From NCBI GenBank assembly GCA_038060895.1, contig JBBTCT010000009.1, positions 435,877 to 499,876 of the forward strand: 64,000 bases of DNA, in the 5' to 3' direction. Under the pieces are notes generated by a model that was not told the DNA's origin, searched no databases, and was given only the letters and a program-made list of their open reading frames with translations. The DNA is from Planctomycetota bacterium. GTDB taxonomy: Bacteria; Planctomycetota; MHYJ01; WSZJ01. The position numbers were made by a program, and so were the translations under genes. Every line of letters begins with the position of its first letter. The first letter of the stretch is position 1. Below are positions 46,568 through 54,632 of the stretch, in pieces.

Positions 46568-47823
46568 CTGTCCGGCATTTCCTGTCGGCCGCCGCTCTTT
46601 GCCTGGCTCTGGCCGCCTGCGAAAAGAAAACGTCGGTCGCAAGCCATCCGGGCCCCGGGGCCGCTCCTCCCGGCGCCATCGCCGACGCACGCGCCCTTCT
46701 CGCCTCCGGCGAAGCCGCCCTCCGGCAAGGCGACGCCGAGACCGCCGTCCGCGCCTTCCGCGCCGCCGCCGAAGCCGACCCGCGCTCCGTAGCCGCGTGG
46801 GCCCGCTGGCACGAGGCTCTTCGCGGTTTGAAGAGGGGCGACGAGGCGCGCCGGGAGTTCGAGAAGCGCCTGGCCGCCGCGCCGGACGATCCCGTCTGGC
46901 TGACCCTCGCCGCGCTCGCCGACCGGAACGGCCGCGAAGACCGGCTTCGTTCCGCCATCAGGAACGCCCCTGATTTCGCCTGGGCCCACTGCGCGCTCTG
47001 CGAAACACTCATCGACCTGAAGCGCTACGACGAGGCCCTCCGCGCCGCCGATCGCGCCATACTCCTCGACCCGAAGAACGGCGTTTTTCGTCTCCAGAAA
47101 GCCGTTGCCCTCATGTGGCTCGGACAGTCGCAGGACGCACTAGCCGAGGCAGACCGCGCGGCGGAATCGCTTCCCGGGGACGAGCGCGTCCCGATCGTTC
47201 GCGCCCAGATCCTCATGGGCGACGATCGCGTTGACGAAGCGATTGCCGAGATGGAGAAAGCGGCGAAGCTCGCCCCGCTGGCGCAGGCTCCGAAGGACGT
47301 CCTGCGCGACTGGCGCCTCTCGGCCGCCCGCCGTTCGCTCAAGGAGTTCGATGAGGCTTTCCGCGAGGGCCGCTTTGGAAATGCCGCCGACGCTTCACAG
47401 CGCGCCGCCGGCATCCTCGAACTCGTCGTGCGTGAGTCGCCCGCCGACGAAGTGGCTGCTCGCCTCCTTCCGGATGCGGAGACCGCTTCCGCGGGTGCGC
47501 TGCTCCAACGCGCCAGCGCCTCGCTCCGCGAAGGAAAGGACGACGAGGCTCAGTCGTTCTGCGAGCGGGCCACGCCATGGCTGGAACGGGCTGGAGGCCG
47601 GAAGCTCGACCAGGGCTCGCGCGAGTATCTGACTGAGGGATGGATTCGGCTGGGCGCGCTTCAGTTGAGCCTCGGGGATCGACTCAAGGAAAAGGGAAGC
47701 GCAAAGGCGAAGGACCGCTTCAAGGCAGCTCTCACCGCCTTCGAATCGTGCATCGCGGCCGATCCGGGCAACAAGACTGCGGCCGCCATGGCGGCGGAGG
47801 CCAGGAAGGCGCTCGGTCCCTGA
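46564..47823 (+). CDS. TPR lipoprotein
   Basis: Lipobox LAA-C; TPR-like helices; overlaps the hisIE stop. Confidence 0.8.
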   Translation: MTVRHFLSAAALCLALAACEKKTSVASHPGPGAAPPGAIADARALLASGEAALRQGDAETAVRAFRAAAEADPRSVAAWARWHEALRGLKRGDEARREFEKRLAAAPDDPVWLTLAALADRNGREDRLRSAIRNAPDFAWAHCALCETLIDLKRYDEALRAADRAILLDPKNGVFRLQKAVALMWLGQSQDALAEADRAAESLPGDERVPIVRAQILMGDDRVDEAIAEMEKAAKLAPLAQAPKDVLRDWRLSAARRSLKEFDEAFREGRFGNAADASQRAAGILELVVRESPADEVAARLLPDAETASAGALLQRASASLREGKDDEAQSFCERATPWLERAGGRKLDQGSREYLTEGWIRLGALQLSLGDRLKEKGSAKAKDRFKAALTAFESCIAADPGNKTAAAMAAEARKALGP

Positions 47824-48401
47824 TGTTCGAATCGTTCACCGGCGAACTGTCCCGCAAGACGCCCGGCACGGCCGTGGTCGAGTGCGGCGGCGTCGGCTAC
47901 GCCCTTCGCATCTCCCTCGCCACCTACGATGCGCTTCCGGCCGCGGGCGCGCGGGTGCGGATCTGGGCGCATCTCGAGTCGGGAGGCGACGCCGGGATCC
48001 GCCTTTTCGGGTTCGCGACGGAGACCGAGCGCGAGATTTTCCGGCTCCTCCTCAACGTGAACGGCGTCGGCCCCGCGACTGCGCTCTCGATCGTCAGCGG
48101 AGCGCCCCTCGAAGATCTGCGGCGCGCCGTCGCGGACGGCGACGTGGCAACGCTCAAGCGCATCAAGGGCATTGGCCCCAAGACGGCGCAGCGGCTCGTC
48201 CTCGACCTGCAGGAGACCTTCAAGACTCTCGGCCCCGCCTCCGGTCCGCGCCGCGCCGCCGCAGCCGACGCGCTCCTCGCCCTGGTGGCGCTCGGCTACC
48301 CGAGGCCTGCCGCGGAGAGAGCCGTGCGCGAAGCCGAATCGGGAATGAAGAAGGACGTGGCGGCGGAGGAGATCGTCCGGGAAGCACTGAAGAAGATGTA
48401 G
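47823..48401 (+). CDS. ruvA: Holliday junction branch migration protein
   Basis: VECGGVGY; LFGF; VNGVGPATAL; IKGIGPKTAQRLVLDL; ALVALGY. Confidence 0.96.
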   Translation: MFESFTGELSRKTPGTAVVECGGVGYALRISLATYDALPAAGARVRIWAHLESGGDAGIRLFGFATETEREIFRLLLNVNGVGPATALSIVSGAPLEDLRRAVADGDVATLKRIKGIGPKTAQRLVLDLQETFKTLGPASGPRRAAAADALLALVALGYPRPAAERAVREAESGMKKDVAAEEIVREALKKM

Positions 48402-48471
48402 GGGGGGTGGCCCTTCATTCCTTCTTCCCGTATCATGCCCGCATCCTGCGGGGGCATTCGAGGCCAGGCTG

Positions 48472-49395
48472 ATGAATCGGACGATCGGGTTGCGGCTGCT
48501 GGGCGTTGTGATTCCGCTTCTGCTGGCGGGGTGCACCAGCGCGGATCACGAAAAGGCGCTCTGGTTCAAGGACCAGGGCGATTTCTACTACCAGAACGGC
48601 AAATGGGACCAGGCGCACGCCGAATACGGCGCCGCCATCGGCAAGGACGAGGACTTCATCGAGGCCTACATCGCGCTGGCGTACACGTGCCGGATGCAGG
48701 GAAAAGTCGAGTACATCAAGAGCCCGAACGAGTACGGGCGGCGCGTGGCGGAGAAGCGGTACCAGGAGGCGCACTGGTGGACGGAACTATGCCTCGAGAA
48801 GGAAGAAGGCAACCCGGAGGCGTTCCATCTGCAGGGACTTCTCTGGTACGACGCCTGCAAGTTCGAGCAGGCCATCGACTCCTTCGACAAGGTGCTCGAT
48901 CACGACCCTCACCACAAGCATGCCAACAAGTACAAGTCGATGTGCCTCTTCATGCAGGGCGTAAAACTACGCGGCGAAGGGGCGGCGGCGAAGGAGAAGG
49001 CCGCCAAGCTGCGGGTTGAAGGTGAAGAGAACGAGGCTAATCTGGAAATGTCGAAGCAGGTGGACCTTTACCGCGACGCGGTGGAGAAGTACGAAGTTGC
49101 GGCGAAGACGATGGAGGCGTATCTCACGAACTGGGACAAGCTGGAAGTCGACAAGCCGCCGCAGGAGGCGGACTTGCGGAACTGGATCCGTGTCCTGCGC
49201 GAGATGGCCAAGTCCGACGGGACGGAGACGGAGGAAGCGCGGATCTACATGAACAAGATAAAGAACGTGGCTCCGGCGCTGACCGAAAAGGGTGCGGCTG
49301 AAGGCGCGGAGGGCGGGCAGCCCGTGATCCGGGAGAGCGACCTCGTGCCGTCCATGATGGGCAAGGATTCCGGGGCGGCGAACCAGCCGAAGTAG
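48472..49395 (+). CDS. TPR lipoprotein
   Basis: Lipobox LLAG-C; TPR motifs. Confidence 0.8.
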   Translation: MNRTIGLRLLGVVIPLLLAGCTSADHEKALWFKDQGDFYYQNGKWDQAHAEYGAAIGKDEDFIEAYIALAYTCRMQGKVEYIKSPNEYGRRVAEKRYQEAHWWTELCLEKEEGNPEAFHLQGLLWYDACKFEQAIDSFDKVLDHDPHHKHANKYKSMCLFMQGVKLRGEGAAAKEKAAKLRVEGEENEANLEMSKQVDLYRDAVEKYEVAAKTMEAYLTNWDKLEVDKPPQEADLRNWIRVLREMAKSDGTETEEARIYMNKIKNVAPALTEKGAAEGAEGGQPVIRESDLVPSMMGKDSGAANQPK

Positions 49396-49401
49396 GGACG
49401 C

Positions 49402-49836
49402 ATGTCACGAAAGGTCGTCATCGTTGCCGCCGGGCTGCTGCTGGCGGGCGGCGCGGCCGTGCTCGTGGAGCGATTGATCGTCACCGACAGGGAGGCGATC
49501 CTCCTGGCCGCCGAGGCGTCCGCCCACGCGGTCTCCAGGGGCGACGTCGCGGAGGCCCTGAAGGTCCTGCACCGGGACGCCCTGACGGAAGCGGGGAATC
49601 CGGAGCAGACCCGCCGCGCCCTGGAGGAACTGCTCCGGCAGATGCCGCTCGACAAGGTCAATTTCCTGGTGCGCGACCTGACCGTGGAAAACGGAGTCGG
49701 CAAGATGTCGATCGACCTGATGATTCTCCCCAGGGACCCGAAGCAGGCCGGGAGCAGCATCTTCCGGCAGGCGATGGTCCTGAGCTGGGAGAAGGACGGG
49801 AACGAGTGGAAGGTGAAGACAGCGAGGCCGCGGTAG
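49402..49836 (+). CDS. Hypothetical membrane-anchored protein (possible NTF2-like fold)
   Basis: N-terminal TM; VTDREAI; ends WEKDGNEWKV. Confidence 0.7.
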   Translation: MSRKVVIVAAGLLLAGGAAVLVERLIVTDREAILLAAEASAHAVSRGDVAEALKVLHRDALTEAGNPEQTRRALEELLRQMPLDKVNFLVRDLTVENGVGKMSIDLMILPRDPKQAGSSIFRQAMVLSWEKDGNEWKVKTARPR

Positions 49837-49838
49837 TA

Positions 49839-52800
49839 CTAACGCCCCAGGCTCCATTTTTTCACCCGCGCGCGACAGTCGATCATCTCGCGGTCCACCC
49901 GGCTCGTTCCATTCTCGGGGGTCCGGCACCATTCGTGCGACGCATGCCGCGAACGAAGCCGCTCGTACATTTTCAGGGCCACGAAGAAGTCCTTCATTCC
50001 GTAACAGCTCTCCGCGAGGATCCTCTGCGGTTCGCCGGACTTGACGTAAGGGTCCTGCCTCCAATCCTCGATCTCGGTAAGCCAGCGGGCGACGGCGCGC
50101 TGTTCGACCAGCATATGAAGCTTCTGCTCGTAATGCTTGAGGAGCTCGCCGATCTTCGCGGGGTCGGGCCTCGCAAATATCGAGATTCTCAGCTCATCCA
50201 CGCGCGCGAGATTGTCGACGAGCCCCTTCCACATCTCGTCCGCCTGCTTGACCCACCGGCTGTGCGAATCGTCCGGCTTGATGTTCCGCGCCTTGAAGGC
50301 GTGTGCGCGGTACTCGCCCTCGTTCCCCTGCATGCAGGCGTTGAGCGCGAGGAAAAGCTCGGCACGCCACTCCTCCTCGGCATCGTCGACCTTCCCCGCG
50401 AGCACCTGCTTCAGCAAATCGTCGGATTGCGCGTACATCTGCATCCCCGAATAGACCTCGCCGATCCCCTGCGTTTCCTTCGCCTTGTTCATCGACTTCA
50501 CGATGCGATCCATCGAGTCGTTGGCCGCCAGTTTCTCGGCCTTTTCGAGAGCGAACAGCTCGGCGGCCCTGGCGTTGATCGGGATGCGCGAGCGCTCCTC
50601 ACGGTCCGAGCGATCAGCCAGGGCCTTTGCAACGCCTGAAAGCGCACGGTCCGTGTGCCCGGCGACCGCGCACGCCAGCCGTGCACTTCTCCAGCAGGCG
50701 GCGCGCATGCACATCAGCGCCAACCCCATCGCCTCGCGCCCCGACACGGGCCAGCCGTTCAGCGACAGCTTGAAGGCCTCGGCCGCCGTGATCTTCGCCC
50801 ACGGAACTTCCTGCCCGCTGTCGAGCATGAGACCGGTCTCGGAGGATGAAACGATGGTCGAGCCGCGGAACGCCCGCGACCGCAGACCCGAGTCGTCCTT
50901 GTCGTTGCCGTTGGCGTGGCTCTTCAGCGCCTTCCGCACGATCTCCTGCATGTCGGCGTCGTCCGCCGCCGCCGTCAGCCTCGCCTGCGCATCCCCCGCC
51001 TTGACCTTCGCCGCGGCCTCCCGACATGCCATCGCCGCTTCCGCAAACTTCCAGCTCACTTCCAGCTCCGCAACGACCCCCAGCGCCTCCGCCTCGATCT
51101 CCGCATCCGACTTGACGGTGTCCGGCGGCTTCACGACCGTCGAGAGATCCGTGATCTGCCGCTCCGTTTCCGCGAGGCGCATCTCGATGTCGTCAATCCC
51201 GTACCGGCCTTTCAGCTCGGCAACGAGCTTCTTCGCACCGTCCCAGTCTTTCGCCTGCACCAGGTCGTTCAGCTTCGCGGATGCCACCGTGTCAAAGTGC
51301 TCGCGCGCGGCGGTGGCGACCCGTCCCGCCTGGTCACGGGCCAGCTGGTCGTAGCCCGTGTCGCGAAACCTCTTGATGAAGAGGTCCAGCTCGAGGCGCG
51401 AGTCCTTGAAGCGAGCGGCCTTGAGAAACCCGTCGGCGATGGCCCGCGTCTTCTCCCACTCGCCCCGGGACTCGTCCGTCGAGGCGAGGGTTGCACGCAC
51501 CCGCCTGGCGGCGAGGCCCGCGTCTACCGCGGCCTCGGTGCTCGGGTAGTCCCTGGCGACTTCGTCATACCGTTCCGCGGCCGGCATGAGATCCGCAGCG
51601 TTCAACGTCCCCTTGAACCTCTCCTCGCACTCGCCCTCGTAATTCTGCGCCGCCTGGAAGGCCTCCTGCGCGGCAATCTCCCTGACTTGTGCCCGATACT
51701 TGTCGATCTCCAGCCGCGCTGAGGCCGCCGCGGGCGTCTGGGGATACTTTTCGACGAGGTTCTCGAATCGCACCGCAGCCAGGTTCGCCCACTCCTTCGT
51801 CAGAATCGGCGGCCGCGTGAGGCTGATCCACTTCGCGATCTTGACCTGCTCCTCGTTGGCGAGGTCTTGCTCCGTCGGGACCTGGCCGACCGGGCCTTCG
51901 CCTCCGGGTCCCGGGTTGACTCCGGAACTGTTGTTGCCGCCCGGGTCCTTCTTGCTGAAGTGCTGGTAGCCGAAGAACGCCACGGCCGTGGCCAGGAGTA
52001 CCGTGGCGGCCGCAAGCCAGGCCACGGTCGCGGCCGGGCGCGAGGCGGCCGGCGGTGTGATGGTCGTCGGGCCGGACGAACTCATCGCCTTCATGGCCGC
52101 GGAGGAGCCGTACGCCGGCCCTCCTCCGTCCCGCCGGGTGGTGTTCCCCGAGCCCGCAAGCCCGTGCCCCTCAATCTCCGGGAGAATGGCCTCGATTCGT
52201 CCCTTCACTTCCTCGGCGCTCTGCGGCCGGTCGGCAGGATTCCGCTCGAGGAGCTGCATCACCAGGTCGTTCACCGCCGGAGGCAGCCCCTTCACCGCCT
52301 CGACCAGCGGCATCGGCTTCTCCTTCACCTTCTTGACGAGAATTTCCTTGAGAGTCTGGCCGACGAAGGGAGGCTTGCCGGCAAGCATGCGGTACATCGT
52401 CGCGCCGAGCGCGTAGAGGTCCGTGCGGTGGTCGAGTTTGCCGCGGGTTACTTGTTCCGGCGCGCAGAAGTGGGGCGTCCCCATGACGCCGACTTCGTCG
52501 TCGACCTCGGCCTGCCCGACATGAAAAGCGAGACCGAGGTCCCCGATCTTGACCACGCCCGTCTCGCCGATCATCAGGTTTTCCGGCTTGATGTCGCGGT
52601 GCACGATCCCCTTGCGCTCCGCGTAGCCAAGCCCGGCCGCCGCGTCCAGCGCGATCCGAAGCGCCCGCGCCGGGGGAAGCCGGCCCTCGCGGATCAGAAG
52701 CTCGTGCACGCTTCCGTTGGGCATGATCTCCATGGAGAAGAAGTGCAGGCCGCCTTCCACGCCGACGTCGTGGATCTGGACGATGTTGGGGTGATTGAGG

Positions 52801-53303
52801 GCGGCCGCGGCGCGCGCTTCCGCGATGAAAAGATTCTTGAACACGTCCTCCTGGATGAGGTCGGGGGAGAGGACCTTGAGGGCGATTTCGCGGTTCAGGG
52901 CGATCTGGTTCGCCTTGTACACGGTTCCCATGCCTCCGCGGCCCAGGCGCTCCATGATGCGGTAGCCGCCCACGCGCGTGCCGATGAGCCCGCCCTTGTC
53001 CTTGCCTTCCTTCTCGTCGAGGAAGGAGATGAGAATCTCGCCGGTCTGGAGGCGGTCGCCGATCTGAAGAACGGACTCGCCGGGAAGCTTGCGCCCGTTG
53101 AGGTAGGTCCCGTTGCGGCTCCCGAGGTCGCGAACGGACCAGTTGCCGCTCTTCGAGACAATTTCGCAGTGCTTGCGGGAGACGTTGGTGTCGTTCAGGA
53201 CGAACGAACAAGCCGGTTCGCGCCCGATGTGAAAGGGGCCACTGCCGGACAGCGCCAGCGATTGGCCCTTGTTCGGGCCTTTTTCTACGAGAAGTTTGGG
53301 CAC
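49839..53303 (-). CDS. FHA-domain membrane Ser/Thr protein kinase
   Basis: FHA (IGRE...SRKH...DLGSRNGTYLNG); GRGGMGTVYKA; HRDIKPEN; DLGLA; TM; helical C-terminus. Start GTG 53303 aligns with the paralog's MPRLVVEKG. Confidence 0.92.
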   Translation of the reverse strand: MPKLLVEKGPNKGQSLALSGSGPFHIGREPACSFVLNDTNVSRKHCEIVSKSGNWSVRDLGSRNGTYLNGRKLPGESVLQIGDRLQTGEILISFLDEKEGKDKGGLIGTRVGGYRIMERLGRGGMGTVYKANQIALNREIALKVLSPDLIQEDVFKNLFIAEARAAAALNHPNIVQIHDVGVEGGLHFFSMEIMPNGSVHELLIREGRLPPARALRIALDAAAGLGYAERKGIVHRDIKPENLMIGETGVVKIGDLGLAFHVGQAEVDDEVGVMGTPHFCAPEQVTRGKLDHRTDLYALGATMYRMLAGKPPFVGQTLKEILVKKVKEKPMPLVEAVKGLPPAVNDLVMQLLERNPADRPQSAEEVKGRIEAILPEIEGHGLAGSGNTTRRDGGGPAYGSSAAMKAMSSSGPTTITPPAASRPAATVAWLAAATVLLATAVAFFGYQHFSKKDPGGNNSSGVNPGPGGEGPVGQVPTEQDLANEEQVKIAKWISLTRPPILTKEWANLAAVRFENLVEKYPQTPAAASARLEIDKYRAQVREIAAQEAFQAAQNYEGECEERFKGTLNAADLMPAAERYDEVARDYPSTEAAVDAGLAARRVRATLASTDESRGEWEKTRAIADGFLKAARFKDSRLELDLFIKRFRDTGYDQLARDQAGRVATAAREHFDTVASAKLNDLVQAKDWDGAKKLVAELKGRYGIDDIEMRLAETERQITDLSTVVKPPDTVKSDAEIEAEALGVVAELEVSWKFAEAAMACREAAAKVKAGDAQARLTAAADDADMQEIVRKALKSHANGNDKDDSGLRSRAFRGSTIVSSSETGLMLDSGQEVPWAKITAAEAFKLSLNGWPVSGREAMGLALMCMRAACWRSARLACAVAGHTDRALSGVAKALADRSDREERSRIPINARAAELFALEKAEKLAANDSMDRIVKSMNKAKETQGIGEVYSGMQMYAQSDDLLKQVLAGKVDDAEEEWRAELFLALNACMQGNEGEYRAHAFKARNIKPDDSHSRWVKQADEMWKGLVDNLARVDELRISIFARPDPAKIGELLKHYEQKLHMLVEQRAVARWLTEIEDWRQDPYVKSGEPQRILAESCYGMKDFFVALKMYERLRSRHASHEWCRTPENGTSRVDREMIDCRARVKKWSLGR

Positions 53304-53370
53304 GAAGGGAGCCGGAAAGTGAGGAACGCGCATTTTACAGGAGGACGGCGGGGAGGAGGGAAAGGATTAA

Positions 53371-53393
53371 TATTCAATAAGTCATATTGAATA
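53371..53393. promoter_or_regulatory. AT-rich perfect palindrome upstream of the FHA kinase
   Basis: TATTCAATA-agtca-TATTGAATA. Confidence 0.45.
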
Positions 53394-53442
53394 AGAAATA
53401 TGAAGTGAGGCGAAGCGTCGGGTCCTCGACCGACCCGATTTC

Positions 53443-54285
53443 CTACTTTTTCTCCGCGTCATTTTCCGTCATCTTTCTCAAGACCCCCCGGATCAGCGCT
53501 TTCATTCCCGGCTCTGCCCCCTGCGCCGTGGCGATGATCTGCGCGATATCCACGGGCTCCAGCACATCCGGGAAACACTGGTCGGTGATCACCGACAATC
53601 CCAGCACGCGGAAGCCGCAGTGCACGGCGACGATGACTTCCGGCACCGTGGACATCCCGACGCAATCCGCCCCGATCTGCCGCAGGAACCTGTACTCCGC
53701 GCGCGTCTCGAGGCACGGCCCCGTCAACCCCACGTAGACCCCGCGCCTCGCGCGGATGCCGAAGTGCACGGCCGCGTGCTCCGCCATCTCCAGGAGCGCC
53801 GGGTCGTACGGCCGGCACATGTCCGGAAATCGCGGCCCGAGCCGGTCGTCGTTGGTCCCCACCAGCGGATTCACGCCCATCAGGTTGATGTGGTCGTCCA
53901 GGATCACGATGTCGCCCTTGTGCATCATCGGGTTCATGCCGCCCGCGGCGTTCGACACGATCAGGATTTCCGCCCCCAGCGCCCGCATGACCCGCACGGG
54001 AAGCGTGATCTGGTCCATCGTATAGCCTTCATAGAAATGAAAGCGCCCCTCCATCGCGACCACGGGGACACCATCCAACTGGCCGAACACCAGCTCGCCC
54101 TTGTGTGACTGGGCTGTCGTCTGGACGAACCCGGGGATGTCGCTGTAGGGAATTGCAATCCGTTTCGTGATTTCCTCGGCGAGGCTCCCGAGCCCCGTCC
54201 CGAGGATGATCGCAGCCTTCGGCGTTGTCTTGATCCGCGACCTCAGCCAGTTGACCGGCTCCATCACCTGTTCGTGCGTGTGCAT
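53443..54285 (-). CDS. Purine nucleoside phosphorylase (trimeric PNP type)
   Basis: IILGTGLG; GRFHFYEGY; SNAAGG; GPCLETRAE; VGMSTVPEV; GGAGG RBS. Confidence 0.95.
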   Translation of the reverse strand: MHTHEQVMEPVNWLRSRIKTTPKAAIILGTGLGSLAEEITKRIAIPYSDIPGFVQTTAQSHKGELVFGQLDGVPVVAMEGRFHFYEGYTMDQITLPVRVMRALGAEILIVSNAAGGMNPMMHKGDIVILDDHINLMGVNPLVGTNDDRLGPRFPDMCRPYDPALLEMAEHAAVHFGIRARRGVYVGLTGPCLETRAEYRFLRQIGADCVGMSTVPEVIVAVHCGFRVLGLSVITDQCFPDVLEPVDIAQIIATAQGAEPGMKALIRGVLRKMTENDAEKK

Positions 54286-54311
54286 CGGTTCCTCCTCAAG
54301 GATGTCCTGCC

Positions 54312-54632
54312 TCAGTTCCCGGTCCCCAGCTTCCGCGCGACCGCGGCTGCACCCAGCGGCGCCCAAACCGTCTTGTCCTGGGCCGTTTCCCCCGTGAGCA
54401 GGCGCAGATCCGAGGGGGCCACTCCGAGGGCTTTGGCCAACGCCACCAGCACGGCCCGGTTCGCCTTCCCCTTTTCCGGCGCCGCGCTCACGCTCACCTT
54501 AAGCGCGCCGGCGTGTGGCCTGCCCACGGCATTCTTACCGGCTCGCGCGCTGACCCGGAGCCGGATGACCGTCCCACCGCCCGCTTCCCTGAGTTCCAGC
54601 GCGCCGGCACTCCCGGGCTCGCGCGCCGTCAT
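54312..54632 (-). CDS. DUF167/YggU family protein
   Basis: LKVSVSAAPEKGKANRAV..LAKALGV; GETAQDK. Confidence 0.88.
   Translation of the reverse strand: MTAREPGSAGALELREAGGGTVIRLRVSARAGKNAVGRPHAGALKVSVSAAPEKGKANRAVLVALAKALGVAPSDLRLLTGETAQDKTVWAPLGAAAVARKLGTGN

Noticed and set aside
47823-48401. ruvA without adjacent ruvB or ruvC
   Set aside because: Split ruv genes are common; cannot be judged from one window
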